A stretch of DNA of 64,000 nucleotides from Fidelibacterota bacterium. Its GTDB lineage: Bacteria; Fidelibacterota; SORT01. Made by a program: the position numbers and the translations under genes. The stretch spans positions 77,449-141,448 of the forward strand of contig JACZTG010000002.1 in NCBI GenBank assembly GCA_022573815.1, given 5' to 3'. Below, piece by piece: positions 28,197 through 38,986 of the stretch. The notes below the pieces were generated by a model. It had not been told where the DNA came from. It did no database searches and saw nothing but the letters and a program-made list of their open reading frames with translations. The stretch's first letter is position 1; every line of letters starts with the position of its first letter.

Positions 28197-29651
28197 ATGG
28201 GTCCGGAAACCATTCTCCTCTATTTAGCTTTAGCGTTTGGATTTTATATGGCGTGGAATATCGGCGCCAATGATGTGGGAAATTCAATGGGTACCTCTGT
28301 CGGTTCGAGAGCGCTCACTCTCAGACAGGCGGTTATTATCGCTGCGATAGCAAATTTTGCCGGTGCGGTTCTCGTAGGTGGAAATGTAACAGATACTGTC
28401 CGCAAGGGAATCACAGACCCTCTTATTTACGCCGATAATCCTGAAACGCTTCTATATGGAATGCTGGCTGCCCTATTAGCAGCCGGATTGTGGTTGCAGA
28501 TAGCAACACATTTCGGATGGCCTGTAAGCACCACACATTCCATTGTAGGTGCGGTCGTTGGATTCGGAGTTATCGCCGGCGGGGTAGATTCTATTGATTG
28601 GATAAAAGTTTTAACAATCGCATCATCCTGGGTAATCTCACCGTTATTAAGCGGTATTGTAGCGTTTCTCATATTCACATTCATCAGAAAATATATCCTT
28701 AATGCAGCAGATGTGATGCTTGCTACCAGGAGAATTGTTCCGCTCATTTTCGGGTTTGTAATATTTATTATGTCGCTCGTGCTTCTTTTCAAGGGGCTTA
28801 AGCATTTGCATCTGCTTCTAACAACAGAAGAATCTGTCATGCTGTCGTTGGTACTCGGATTCATCGCATGGGCTACGAGCGGGTCGCTTCTTCATGGCGT
28901 AGATATAAACAGATATAAGAGAAAATTTGTTTTAACTCAGCGAATGGCAAAAGACGATAATCTAATGTTGGCAAAAAGCCTTAGGAAAAATCTGACATTT
29001 CGCGATAAAAATTTAAATTTCGCATCCGGTACTATTCACCAAAGAATGGACGGTATTTACGATGAAATGGAAATGCTGGCAACTGACATTGAGGAGAACG
29101 CTTACACTGAGGCTAAGAATTTCGGCGGCGTGGATTACCATTTCGTCGAACGGATATTCGGTTACCTTCAGGTATTGAGCGCAGTATTTGTTGCATTCGC
29201 TCACGGAGCGAACGATGTAGCAAACGCTATCGGACCATTGGCGGCGGCAGTATCAATAATACAGACTAAGACGGTGCTTGTTCAAGTGGGAGTCCCTATC
29301 TGGCTGCTGCTGTTAGGCGGCATCGGAATCGCATTAGGAATTGCTACCTTAGGATGGAAAGTAATGGAAACGATAGGGAAAAAGATAACGGAAATTACTC
29401 CATCCAGAGGATTCGCCGCTGAGATCAGCGCCGCCACCGTTATTGCTGTGGCATCAAAACTCGGTATCCCGATATCAACAACTCATACGCTGGTGGGGGC
29501 AGTATTCGGCGTAGGTCTTGCAAGAGGATTAGCATCTTTGAATTTAAGTGTTGTCAGGAATATTATAATCAGCTGGTTTGTTACGGTACCGGCAGGAGCA
29601 GTTTTCGCGGTTATCATCTACTACATTCTGAAAGCGATCTTCGGAACATAA
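28197..29651 (+). CDS. inorganic phosphate transporter, PiT family
   Basis: Duplicated PHO4 signature GANDVGNSMGTSVGS and GANDVANAIGP. About 12 TM helices. Confidence 0.85.
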   Translation: MGPETILLYLALAFGFYMAWNIGANDVGNSMGTSVGSRALTLRQAVIIAAIANFAGAVLVGGNVTDTVRKGITDPLIYADNPETLLYGMLAALLAAGLWLQIATHFGWPVSTTHSIVGAVVGFGVIAGGVDSIDWIKVLTIASSWVISPLLSGIVAFLIFTFIRKYILNAADVMLATRRIVPLIFGFVIFIMSLVLLFKGLKHLHLLLTTEESVMLSLVLGFIAWATSGSLLHGVDINRYKRKFVLTQRMAKDDNLMLAKSLRKNLTFRDKNLNFASGTIHQRMDGIYDEMEMLATDIEENAYTEAKNFGGVDYHFVERIFGYLQVLSAVFVAFAHGANDVANAIGPLAAAVSIIQTKTVLVQVGVPIWLLLLGGIGIALGIATLGWKVMETIGKKITEITPSRGFAAEISAATVIAVASKLGIPISTTHTLVGAVFGVGLARGLASLNLSVVRNIIISWFVTVPAGAVFAVIIYYILKAIFGT

Positions 29652-29781
29652 GCAACATCCCGAGTTGAATCCCATCCTACTTTCATTTGTAATAATCTCC
29701 TAAAATAAGTAAACTTATACCCTGTCCATATATAGTGGACTTATTATTTGTAATTTAAATTAATAAAACTTGGGAGAGACG

Positions 29782-31215
29782 ATGACCAAGGGGATAACCA
29801 GCAAAGAGCAGGATTATTCTGCGTGGTACAATGATATAGTATTAAAAGCCGAAATGGCGGATTATGCTCCCGTAAAAGGGTGTATGGTAATAAGACCGCA
29901 CGGTTATGCCATCTGGGAGAAAATTCAGAAAGGTCTCGACGATATGTTTAAGGAGACGGGGCATGAGAATGCCTATTTCCCGCTTCTGATTCCCGAAAGC
30001 TATATAAAAAAAGAAGCTGAACACGTGAAAGGATTTTCGCCCGAATTAGCGGTTGTGACTCACGCGGGAGGAAAGGAATTAGAAGAGCCACTTGTCATTC
30101 GTCCGACTTCGGAAACAATTATCTGGTCAATGTATAAAAATTGGATTCAATCTTATAGAGACCTTCCATTACTGATTAATCAATGGGCAAATGTTATAAG
30201 GTGGGAAATGCGGACGCGGCTTTTTTTGCGGACAACTGAATTTTTATGGCAGGAAGGTCACACAGCGCACGCTACAGCAAAAGAAGCGGAGGAAGAGACG
30301 TTGAGGATGCTTGAAGTGTACAGAACGTTTGCCGAAGAATTTATGGCGATGCCCGTTCTAACCGGTAAAAAAACCGATGCTCAAAAATTCGCCGGCGCTG
30401 TGGATACTTATTCAATAGAAGCGATGATGGGAGATAAAAAAGCTCTGCAGGCAGGAACAAGTCATTATCTCGGACAAAACTTTGCCAAAGCGTTTGAAGT
30501 GAAATTTCAAAACGAGGATAACGTAGAAGAATTCGTATACGCTACAAGCTGGGGAGTTAGCACACGCCTGATTGGCGCACTGGTTATGACTCACAGCGAC
30601 AACAAAGGATTAGTGCTGCCTCCGAAACTTTCACCGTTCGAAACAATAATTATACCAATTATGAAAACTCCGGAAGAAGAATCGGCAGTTCGTCCGTTTG
30701 TTGATAAGTTGACGGATATGCTGAAATCAAACGGAGTAACGTATAAAGTTGATGACAGATCAAACGTATCGCCCGGTTGGAAATTCAACGAATGGGAATT
30801 GAAAGGTATTCCGCTGCGTATTGAAGTGGGTCCTCGAGATGTGAAAGAAAATAGTATCGTCGTAGTTCGAAGGGACGATTCCGTGAAAGAATCTCTTCCT
30901 CTTGAGGGATTTGGAGAGAAATCGAAAAAAATATTAGGCGATATTCAAACGGGGTTATTCAATAAGGCAAAGGCTTTTAGGGAAGAAAATACAAATAAAA
31001 TAGATTCGTATGATGATTTAAAGGAATATTTTGCATCAAATAGGGGGTTTGCTTTGTCTTATTGGTGTGGCTCATCCGAGTGTGAGGGTGAAGTCCAACA
31101 AGAGACTAAGGCGACGATAAGGGTAATACCGTTTGACCAACCGGGTGAGAAGGGGAAGTGTATAAAATGCGGAAAAGAATCGGATACCGAAGTTGTCTTT
31201 GCCAAAGCCTATTAA
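29782..31215 (+). CDS. proS: proline--tRNA ligase (archaeal/eukaryotic-like type)
   Basis: [37 protein letters not shown], class II motifs, and a C-terminal Zn-binding ProRS domain (CIKCG). ATG at 29782 follows a GGGAGAGA RBS. The TTG at 29770 is an alternative start. Confidence 0.9.
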   Translation: MTKGITSKEQDYSAWYNDIVLKAEMADYAPVKGCMVIRPHGYAIWEKIQKGLDDMFKETGHENAYFPLLIPESYIKKEAEHVKGFSPELAVVTHAGGKELEEPLVIRPTSETIIWSMYKNWIQSYRDLPLLINQWANVIRWEMRTRLFLRTTEFLWQEGHTAHATAKEAEEETLRMLEVYRTFAEEFMAMPVLTGKKTDAQKFAGAVDTYSIEAMMGDKKALQAGTSHYLGQNFAKAFEVKFQNEDNVEEFVYATSWGVSTRLIGALVMTHSDNKGLVLPPKLSPFETIIIPIMKTPEEESAVRPFVDKLTDMLKSNGVTYKVDDRSNVSPGWKFNEWELKGIPLRIEVGPRDVKENSIVVVRRDDSVKESLPLEGFGEKSKKILGDIQTGLFNKAKAFREENTNKIDSYDDLKEYFASNRGFALSYWCGSSECEGEVQQETKATIRVIPFDQPGEKGKCIKCGKESDTEVVFAKAY

Positions 31216-31239
31216 GGTAATAATTATAAGGGAAACGTT

Positions 31240-32253
31240 ATGAATGAAAATTTGGAAACTACTCCGGAAGAGCATTCAGAAGAAAGCAGCGCTTCGTCCT
31301 CAAATGAACCAGGCATTTTAAGGAAGATATTTAAAAATCCGTTCGGACATATCAGAGCCGGATGGAGAATGGTAGTCTATCTGATTATTTTAATCTCAAT
31401 TACTTTTCCTCCTATGTACGTATTCAATAATCTGAAATCACACATACCGGGTGGAAAAGGAATGCACTCACCGGGGTTGATTGTGCTTTATATTGTGCTT
31501 GTAAGCACTTTTACATTCGCGGCATATCTTACTCTTAAACGGATTGATAAAAGACCATTTCGATTACTCGGGCTTTGGTTCTCGCCAGGGTGGTTTAAGG
31601 AATATTATATCGGACTGGGTTTCGGGTTCGGTACGATAACAATTACATTTCTTATATTATGGCTAACGAAGCTTGTGGATGTGTCTATGGGAACATGGGA
31701 TTTAGGGTTACTGTTATTCTTAATAAAATTATTTATTCTCTTTGCGTTTGCAGGAGCGTTAGAAGAATTGATGCTGCGTGGATATTTCTTTCAAGCTTTC
31801 ATAGAGGGATCAAATAAATTTATTGCTATGTTAATACTGAGCATGATTTTTTCGGCAATTCATATGTTTAATCCGAACTGGTCGGCAGGTGGAGCTATAA
31901 ATATCTTTTTGGCAGGATTTATGCTTAGTATCGCCTATATAAAAACCCGTTCGCTCTGGCTGCCGATAGGATTGCATATGGGATGGAATTGGACACAAGG
32001 ACCGTTATGGGGGATGAATGTCAGCGGAACAACGATGGAGAAAAGTATTCTTGTCTCGCCTCCGCAGGGACCGGAACTATTAAGCGGTGGAGAGTTCGGA
32101 GCCGAAGGAAGCCTGATCGCTACATTGATCATTATTTTAATATCCTGGTATATGTGGCGCGCAGAATGGATTAAACCCTCTGAAGCAAACAGCGAATTAT
32201 GGAAGAAATATCCCGCGAGTTATGGAGTTTCTCCCGAAGAATCTGAGATCTAA
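31240..32253 (+). CDS. CPBP-family (CAAX-type) intramembrane metalloprotease
   Basis: EELMLRGY (EExxxR), SAIHMFN (FxxxH) and HMGWN (HxxxN) motifs within TM helices. Confidence 0.7.
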   Translation: MNENLETTPEEHSEESSASSSNEPGILRKIFKNPFGHIRAGWRMVVYLIILISITFPPMYVFNNLKSHIPGGKGMHSPGLIVLYIVLVSTFTFAAYLTLKRIDKRPFRLLGLWFSPGWFKEYYIGLGFGFGTITITFLILWLTKLVDVSMGTWDLGLLLFLIKLFILFAFAGALEELMLRGYFFQAFIEGSNKFIAMLILSMIFSAIHMFNPNWSAGGAINIFLAGFMLSIAYIKTRSLWLPIGLHMGWNWTQGPLWGMNVSGTTMEKSILVSPPQGPELLSGGEFGAEGSLIATLIIILISWYMWRAEWIKPSEANSELWKKYPASYGVSPEESEI

Positions 32254-32927
32254 TGCCGATATTAAAATCCGAGGGAGTTGTTCTCCGAAGGATAAAATAT
32301 GGCGAAACAAGTCTGATAGCGACGCTGTATACAAAAAGCTCCGGAAAGATATCGCTTATTGCCAAGGGAGCGCGCAAACCTAAAAGCAAATTTGTCGGAT
32401 CACTTGAACCCGCTACTCACTCATCAGTGATTTATTATCATAAAGAGTCCCGTGAAGTTCAGGTGCTGTCCGAAATCGAGATTATTAACGCTAATATATA
32501 TATTAGTGAAAATCTCAGAAAATCTGCTGTGGCGTTGGCAATCGTAGGTCTTGTGGATAGCGTTATGTCGGGAACGGAATCCAATGAAGAGTTGTTTGAG
32601 CTTTTGACCGGGACTCTATCGGCACTGAATGACACTGAGTATGACGTTGCCTTGCTATGGTATTTTGAGATTAATCTTCTACGTCTGCTCGGGTTTGGAA
32701 TTGATATACATAATCCGGAAGGGCTGAGCAGTGGAGAAAAGCTGAAAGGCGAACCATTAGCAATGTTTGAAAAGATTGAAAAAGCAAATCTTCCTGATAT
32801 AGGAATTAATGGTTTTACCAGAGGAACATTCAAAAAGCTCAATCGGTTTTTCAGCAGATACCTTGAGTATCATATAGAGGGAGCCAATAAAACCAAGGCG
32901 TTAAAATTTGTGGACAGTCTGATTTAA
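32253..32927 (+). CDS. recO: DNA repair protein RecO
   Basis: LKSEGVVLRRIKYGETSLIATLYTKSSGKISLIAKGARKPKSKF is the RecO N-terminal OB domain. Confidence 0.75.
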   Translation: MPILKSEGVVLRRIKYGETSLIATLYTKSSGKISLIAKGARKPKSKFVGSLEPATHSSVIYYHKESREVQVLSEIEIINANIYISENLRKSAVALAIVGLVDSVMSGTESNEELFELLTGTLSALNDTEYDVALLWYFEINLLRLLGFGIDIHNPEGLSSGEKLKGEPLAMFEKIEKANLPDIGINGFTRGTFKKLNRFFSRYLEYHIEGANKTKALKFVDSLI

Positions 32928-33016
32928 TATTCCCTTGGTTATTGCGGATTATCAGAATATTGCTATCTTTCAGTTAGAGCTGGCTGGATAAGTAAATGAG
33001 ACGAATGGTTTAAGAA

Positions 33017-33841
33017 ATGGATTATAATTATCAGGAAAGGGTAACGTACTTCGGCAGAGGAGTCTCTTCTGCCATCAAAATTCTTATTGTAGCGAATGTA
33101 GCGGTATTCCTTCTCGAGAATATGCTCGGAATTGAGCCGCTGCTTAACCGATATCTCGGACTTGTTCCGAGTTCTGTAATAAACGATTATTATGTTTGGC
33201 AACTTTTCACATATATGTTCCTTCACGGCGGACTCTGGCATCTTGTAATAAATATGGTAGTGCTGTGGATGTTCGGCAGCGAGATAGAGAGATACTGGGG
33301 CAGGAAAGAATTTCTCGGATATTTCTTTATTACAGGAGTCGGCTCAGCGATTCTCACTACGGTATTTTCCTATAACAGTTCTGTTCCAATCGTAGGCGCA
33401 TCCGGAGCGATCTACGGTGTTCTCCTTGCGTATGGAATGATGTTTCCAAACAGAACAATACTTTTATATTTTCTGATACCGGTTAAAGTTAAGTATTTTG
33501 TCCTGTTTATTGGAGGTGTGGCATTTATCAGCAGTATAACTGACAAGACCGGCTCTATAAGTCATCTGACACATCTGACAGGAATGCTGATCGGATATAT
33601 TTATATGAAATCGAATGTAAGGATTTCAAACTTAAGTAAGTCTTTCGGCAAACTGAAAATAAAAAGAGAGGTGAAAAAAGCCGATCGCGTTCGCAGGAGC
33701 TATGAGAATGTAAGACAGGAAATTGATTCAATACTCGACAGAATCAACGAAGTGGGTTATGAAAATCTTACAGACGATGAAAAGCAGAAACTTGAAGAAG
33801 CCAGTCGGGTCATCTCCAAAGATAAAAATAACAGTAATTAA
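33017..33841 (+). CDS. rhomboid-family intramembrane serine protease
   Basis: GASGAIYGVL (GxSG) and a downstream TM His (SHLTHLTGML). 6 TM helices plus a C-terminal cytoplasmic coiled tail. Confidence 0.75.
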   Translation: MDYNYQERVTYFGRGVSSAIKILIVANVAVFLLENMLGIEPLLNRYLGLVPSSVINDYYVWQLFTYMFLHGGLWHLVINMVVLWMFGSEIERYWGRKEFLGYFFITGVGSAILTTVFSYNSSVPIVGASGAIYGVLLAYGMMFPNRTILLYFLIPVKVKYFVLFIGGVAFISSITDKTGSISHLTHLTGMLIGYIYMKSNVRISNLSKSFGKLKIKREVKKADRVRRSYENVRQEIDSILDRINEVGYENLTDDEKQKLEEASRVISKDKNNSN

Positions 33842-33865
33842 ATTTTCCACTATTAAAGGATAAGA

Positions 33866-34621
33866 TTGATTGACCTAACTGATAAAGTTATTATAATCAC
33901 TGGTGGGTCGCGCGGAATAGGCGCCGCTACCGCTGTTGCCGCCGCCGGTCAGGGTGCAAAAGTATTAGTTAATTTCAACAGTGATGAAAATTCAGCCCAA
34001 TCTGTAGCAAGTAAGATAAAAGAATCTGGTGGAAGCGTCTTTATTTATAAAGCAGACGTATCAGATATGACTTCGGTACAGGATATGGTAAACAGCGCAT
34101 TAGAAAAGTGGGGTAAGATAGATGTGCTGGTTAACAATGCCGCTATCTGGAAACAAGCGGCGATCGACAATATGTCGGATATGGATGTTGAGACAACTAT
34201 GACCGTTAACTTTAACGGAACGCTCAATTGCATAAGAGCGATAGTTCCTACTATGAAGAAGCAAAAGAGCGGGAGCATAATAAATATATCTTCAACGGCA
34301 GCTCAAAGAGGAGAGGCGTTTCATTCGCACTATGCCGCGAGCAAGGGAGCCGTCGCATCATTAACAAAATCACTTGCATCAGAACTTGGACCCGACGGCA
34401 TAAGGGTAAATGTAGTTTGTCCCGGATGGACATATACCGATATGACGACAGAGGTGTTTAAGGGCGGCAGCGATAAGATTATTTCCGAAACTATTCCGCT
34501 CAGAAGAATCGGGACACCTGAAGATTGTGCCTCAGCTATCGTATTTCTTGCATCGGACGACTCTTCTTATATTACGGGAATTTCTTTAAATGTAAACGGT
34601 GGGTCAGTTCTCACCGGCTAA
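33866..34621 (+). CDS. SDR-family oxidoreductase (FabG-like)
   Basis: TGGSRGIGAATA, NNAA, and YAASKGAV (YxxxK) motifs. Confidence 0.8.
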   Translation: MIDLTDKVIIITGGSRGIGAATAVAAAGQGAKVLVNFNSDENSAQSVASKIKESGGSVFIYKADVSDMTSVQDMVNSALEKWGKIDVLVNNAAIWKQAAIDNMSDMDVETTMTVNFNGTLNCIRAIVPTMKKQKSGSIINISSTAAQRGEAFHSHYAASKGAVASLTKSLASELGPDGIRVNVVCPGWTYTDMTTEVFKGGSDKIISETIPLRRIGTPEDCASAIVFLASDDSSYITGISLNVNGGSVLTG

Positions 34622-36196
34622 AGTAACTCTGTTCCTACCGGACTCTTTTGATTTGTAAAGAGCCTCATCAGCGCTTTTAACAAAATCTTCACAACTGTTT
34701 AATTCTTTCTTTTGTTCAGCAACTCCTACACTAACCGTAAGATTTCCTCCCGGCTGAGCTTCTTGATTATCGAATTGTGCATTTTCAATTGTTCTTCTTA
34801 TCTTTTCTGCAACAAGTTTAGCGCTTATAAGAGGTGTTTCAGGCAATAAAACAGCAAATTCTTCGCCCCCATAACGAGTGACATAATCGGTTTTACGAAC
34901 GGTCTTTGAAAACAACTGAGCCACACTTACTAAAACAACATCGCCTGCGGGATGTCCGTTAGTATCGTTATAATTTTTAAAATTATCTATATCTATCATT
35001 AAGAGGCTGAGAGGATTTTGATACCTTCTTGACCGTTCCATTTCCTGCGTTAACTGGTTCATAAAAAAGCGATGATTATATATTTTAGTCAATCCGTCAG
35101 TAACCGCTTCTTTGTGTGCCTTTTGCTGAGAAATGAGTTGCTTAAAACCGATTGAAACCGCTGCAGCGATTTCATCATAATATTGATTTTTTAAGGAGTC
35201 GAAACCCTTTGTTTCGGGGAACAGCAAGATAAGCGAACCTCTTAATCGATCCGGTCCATAAAGCGGATATAGAATCCCGTTGGTTACTTCTTTAGAGGAT
35301 AGGTTTTCAGGCTCAAGAAATGGAGAATTATCGTCGCTTAAGTTGAAGAGTAACGGTTTACCCTCAATGAGCGAATCGAAATAATTTCGAGTGGGGAAGT
35401 CCAATTCTGCCAGCTCTTCTCCTATCATAAGTTCAAAACCTTCCCAGAAAAGCACAGGTCTCATTTCTTCGGTTTCTAAATCTTCTGCGTGAATAAAGCC
35501 GACAGTGGCTTCAGTCAGTTCAATAAGTTTTTTCCCCACTTCTCTAAGAAATTCAGATTCTACAAATTTACCTGAAATGCTGTTTAGAAATTTCAAAAGA
35601 GAGGAAAGTTCAAATACTCTTCTTTCGGAGACAACGCGGGAACTATCTAGCTTCGATATCACGTCAAAAACAATTTTTTCGCTTACCGGAACAGCATTCT
35701 CAGGGTTGTATACCTGCAAATCCGATTGTCTGATATTTAATTGAGCCGAAATTTTATTCCATAACAAGTCTAAAACTTTTGGGGATTGAGTTATCGTCGT
35801 TCTGGTACTTGGATTCAAAGTTTGAATGTCATTTTCAGAAATAACAGATACTATGGCGTAGTTTGTCTCCGGACTTGAAATGAAAAGAAACGAATAATTT
35901 TTAAGATCATCGGATTGAGATGAACTTATATGTTTTATCTTTGGATTATCAAGTACTTCCAATTTTCCGTTTACTAAGAGTGTGGCGTTAAATTGAGTAA
36001 GCGATATAATTGAAATAATATCATTTACTTTTGGGTCAAATTCAAAATTCTTGTAAAATATGTAGCCGTCTTTCTCACTGCTGGATACATCTTCCAATAC
36101 AGATTTATATAAATCGGAAACGGTGTTTTTCGATAAAGTTATTTCAAGAATTTGACCTCGAATTTCATCGGTTAAGCCAATATCGAGATCAATCAT
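34604..36196 (-). CDS. diguanylate cyclase (GGDEF) with uncharacterised N-terminal sensor region
   Basis: GGEEF active site preceded by an RKTD I-site. About 330 aa of N-terminal non-membrane domain of unknown type. Start lies 5 nt downstream of the GT2 gene stop, so it is operonic. Confidence 0.8.
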   Translation of the reverse strand: MIDLDIGLTDEIRGQILEITLSKNTVSDLYKSVLEDVSSSEKDGYIFYKNFEFDPKVNDIISIISLTQFNATLLVNGKLEVLDNPKIKHISSSQSDDLKNYSFLFISSPETNYAIVSVISENDIQTLNPSTRTTITQSPKVLDLLWNKISAQLNIRQSDLQVYNPENAVPVSEKIVFDVISKLDSSRVVSERRVFELSSLLKFLNSISGKFVESEFLREVGKKLIELTEATVGFIHAEDLETEEMRPVLFWEGFELMIGEELAELDFPTRNYFDSLIEGKPLLFNLSDDNSPFLEPENLSSKEVTNGILYPLYGPDRLRGSLILLFPETKGFDSLKNQYYDEIAAAVSIGFKQLISQQKAHKEAVTDGLTKIYNHRFFMNQLTQEMERSRRYQNPLSLLMIDIDNFKNYNDTNGHPAGDVVLVSVAQLFSKTVRKTDYVTRYGGEEFAVLLPETPLISAKLVAEKIRRTIENAQFDNQEAQPGGNLTVSVGVAEQKKELNSCEDFVKSADEALYKSKESGRNRVTLAGEN

Positions 36197-36201
36197 TCTG
36201 G

Positions 36202-37143
36202 TTATGTCCCACTAATTTCTGGTCGGGAAAGATACCCTTTAATAACGCTGTAGCTTAAGAGATATTTAATTATTTTGAACGCCAACGGTCGGGGAGCAAT
36301 ATTATAGGTTTTCTTCATCATCCCGAAAAATATCGGGTTAAAAATAGTAAGCATCAACGTTTTTTTAACGAAAAAGTTTTCAAAAGTATTAATTTTGAAT
36401 TCATCGGCGAGGATAGGATGCTTTTTGACAAGATATGGAACAACGTATGTTCCGAAGTTTTCTAATAGACTGCACGTGTTTTCAAGCGACCGCTGTTGGT
36501 GGTGAATAGCTTTTGCAGAGGGATTATAACGTAATTTTAAAGTCTCATCCTTTTCTATACGCAAGATCAGATCAAGTTCTTCCCCTCCCCATTTACTAAT
36601 TTTTTCATCAAATCCCCCAACACCATTTATCATTTCTTTTCGAAGCGATGCGTTTCCGAATAGAAAATATTTATGGCTCAACTGCCGCTCTGCCCCGAAT
36701 CGTTTAGCGCCGCGTCGGGGGTCGTTTAAATATCTTGTAAAAATAGAACTCATATTAATATCGTGAGTTACCTGTCCGACGGAGCCGTCCCAGTTTCCAT
36801 TTTCCATCGGCACAGTATGGTTTTCTACCCATTCCGGTTCAACTTCCATATCACTATCGAGGAAAAGAAGAATATCGCTTTTGGCGATTCCGATAGCGCG
36901 GTTTCTAGCTGCCCCGATGCCGAGGTTGGTTTTCTGTACCAAAAGCTGGAAATTGTTTTCGGTCTTATAAGATTCTAAAAACTCGCGTGTTCCGTCTGAT
37001 GATTTATCGTCAACGACTATTATTTCATAGTCGGAAGATGCCATACTCTGATTCCGGAGAGAATGGAGGAGGGGTTCAATAGTTTCAATGGAATTGAACG
37101 TCGGAATTATAATGCTTGCTCTAATCAAGTCAGTAATTTTCAA
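36202..37143 (-). CDS. family 2 glycosyltransferase
   Basis: IIIPTFNSIETIEP...YEIIVVDDKSSDGT...LDSDM (DxD-type) GT-A motifs. Confidence 0.75.
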   Translation of the reverse strand: MKITDLIRASIIIPTFNSIETIEPLLHSLRNQSMASSDYEIIVVDDKSSDGTREFLESYKTENNFQLLVQKTNLGIGAARNRAIGIAKSDILLFLDSDMEVEPEWVENHTVPMENGNWDGSVGQVTHDINMSSIFTRYLNDPRRGAKRFGAERQLSHKYFLFGNASLRKEMINGVGGFDEKISKWGGEELDLILRIEKDETLKLRYNPSAKAIHHQQRSLENTCSLLENFGTYVVPYLVKKHPILADEFKINTFENFFVKKTLMLTIFNPIFFGMMKKTYNIAPRPLAFKIIKYLLSYSVIKGYLSRPEISGT

Positions 37144-37828
37144 CCGAAGTTTTATTAAACCACCAAAACCCGTGTGTCAAAATATATAGATTTTCCTCTT
37201 TGCCTATATGCTGACACATACATCCCTCCCGCCAGTGCGCCGAGCTGTCGGATATATATTTATAATTTTCCATAAACCTATCTTCATAAGCCTCGTACTC
37301 AATTCCGTCAGGAAGAGGCTTTTTTTCATCCTTATCTAAAAACCGGGAAGGCTCATGGTAACTCATTCCGGTTATGGATGTGCCTAATACAGACTCGAGG
37401 AGAGATTTTGATTTTACGAATATCTCCTCCTCTCGGGAGCTGAGTCCGGGATGACAATGGAGCTCATAATGAAATCCAATTTCGTGACCCATTTCTAATA
37501 TTTCAGTGAGTGAAGTGTAAGAATCATAAGCCAATACGTTATAATTATTTGCGTGTAATCGTATAAAATATGTCGATTGAATACCGAGCTCCCCTTCTAT
37601 CTGAGCCAGCGAACACATTGCGGGAATGGAAAGGTCCTCATCGTGTCTCATTAAAATAGTTTTCCCGCTTTGGTCACCGGAGGCTGCATCCTTCATTCTC
37701 TTGAACGTGTATCCCTCTTCGAGTGCGAACTCCATACATGCTTTATAGTGTGAGTGAGTGAACCCGCAGTTGTCGAAATCAGTTTGATTCAATGTTTTGT
37801 TCTCCCATAATTCGAGGTAGGCTTTCAT
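37130..37828 (-). CDS. putative polysaccharide deacetylase-like (CE4-like) protein
   Basis: LMRHDEDLS ... HYELHCHP resemble divergent NodB-type metal-site motifs. The assignment is tentative. Confidence 0.4.
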   Translation of the reverse strand: MKAYLELWENKTLNQTDFDNCGFTHSHYKACMEFALEEGYTFKRMKDAASGDQSGKTILMRHDEDLSIPAMCSLAQIEGELGIQSTYFIRLHANNYNVLAYDSYTSLTEILEMGHEIGFHYELHCHPGLSSREEEIFVKSKSLLESVLGTSITGMSYHEPSRFLDKDEKKPLPDGIEYEAYEDRFMENYKYISDSSAHWREGCMCQHIGKEENLYILTHGFWWFNKTSVENY

Positions 37829-38480
37829 TGCCGCAGTTAAAAATTAGATCTATAACGCTCAGATTTTGAATAAAATCTCCGAATCTTTGAGGATATTTTA
37901 CCGGAAGGTAATTTTGATATTCTAAAGCTATTTTCTTATCCTTAAAAAGTTCTTCGTTCAGATATTGCTTACCGCCGCTGCCTGATAGATACGAATCAGC
38001 ATTGAGTTCTTCACAATAAAAAAGTAAGAGTTCCGTTCCCTTAAGATTAATCTCAGGCAGTTCAGATGCCAAAATCATCCGTGTTTCAATGCCAAGCATA
38101 TTCTTAATCTTAGTAATGAGTAAAATGTTTAACTCAATGAGAGACTCTGAATTTTCATCATACGTATCATACAGCAACGATTTAAATTCCTCAAAATGGG
38201 GCGTTTTAGAATAGTTATATGTTACAGTTTTCTTATGAAGTTTTTTCCAATCAACATTTTTAGAAATCTTCACGTCCCGGGAAAGAGTATTAATTTTGGG
38301 CGTACTGACGGGAACCGTCAGCCACTGTTCTCCATCGGCAGTTTTTATTTTGCACCTGTTGTCGTATTCAGATTTTACAAATTGAACGGTATCGAGTAAA
38401 AGAAAAACGTCTGCTGAAGCCATTTTATGAAAATATCCCGGCCATGGTAAAAAATTCGGTTGGTGAATCGCTAATTTCAA
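37779..38480 (-). CDS. WbqC-family protein
   Basis: N-terminus MKLAIHQPNFLPWPGYFHKM is the hallmark of WbqC-like proteins found in O-antigen and glycan clusters. Confidence 0.6.
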   Translation of the reverse strand: MKLAIHQPNFLPWPGYFHKMASADVFLLLDTVQFVKSEYDNRCKIKTADGEQWLTVPVSTPKINTLSRDVKISKNVDWKKLHKKTVTYNYSKTPHFEEFKSLLYDTYDENSESLIELNILLITKIKNMLGIETRMILASELPEINLKGTELLLFYCEELNADSYLSGSGGKQYLNEELFKDKKIALEYQNYLPVKYPQRFGDFIQNLSVIDLIFNCGNESLPRIMGEQNIESN

Positions 38481-38986
38481 TTTTTACTGTTTTCGATTTC
38501 AGTTAGAATAGATTCGGGTGTCCCCCGGAGAAGGAAATAAGTTACGCCTTCTTCATCGTTTCGTTCTTCACCGTAAACTGTGAATCCGAGCTTTAAATGA
38601 AAATTCATTGACATTTCATTTCCCTCTTCGACTTTTACAGTAACAAAAGTTTCACCCAATGTTTTCGCCATAGTTGCGCTGTTAAACATCATTGCTCTTC
38701 CGATCCCGGATCTTCTATGTGATTTATCAACTGAAGTCATATGGTGGTGACGGGAGTCTCCCTTTTTTGATACAAGTTGCACACCAATTATTTTCTCGTT
38801 ATCCATAGCCAGAAGGCTGTATTCCCATTTCATAGGTCTGTCTGCTGTTATTTCTTCTCTGGACCATTTTCTTCCGGGTATCATATCCAGGAGCTCTTTT
38901 ATCCGGTTGTAATTTTCTGACATAATATCCTTTGTCAATCTGATGTTTACGATTTCAGGCTTGTGTTTCGAACTATTCCCGGTCAA
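38477..38986 (-). CDS. GNAT-family N-acetyltransferase
   Basis: RRSGIGRAMM acetyl-CoA-binding motif and a GNAT fold pattern. Confidence 0.7.
   Translation of the reverse strand: MTGNSSKHKPEIVNIRLTKDIMSENYNRIKELLDMIPGRKWSREEITADRPMKWEYSLLAMDNEKIIGVQLVSKKGDSRHHHMTSVDKSHRRSGIGRAMMFNSATMAKTLGETFVTVKVEEGNEMSMNFHLKLGFTVYGEERNDEEGVTYFLLRGTPESILTEIENSKN

Noticed and set aside
28427-29204. Minus-strand ORFs inside the PiT transporter gene
   Set aside because: They are antisense to a conserved transporter frame.
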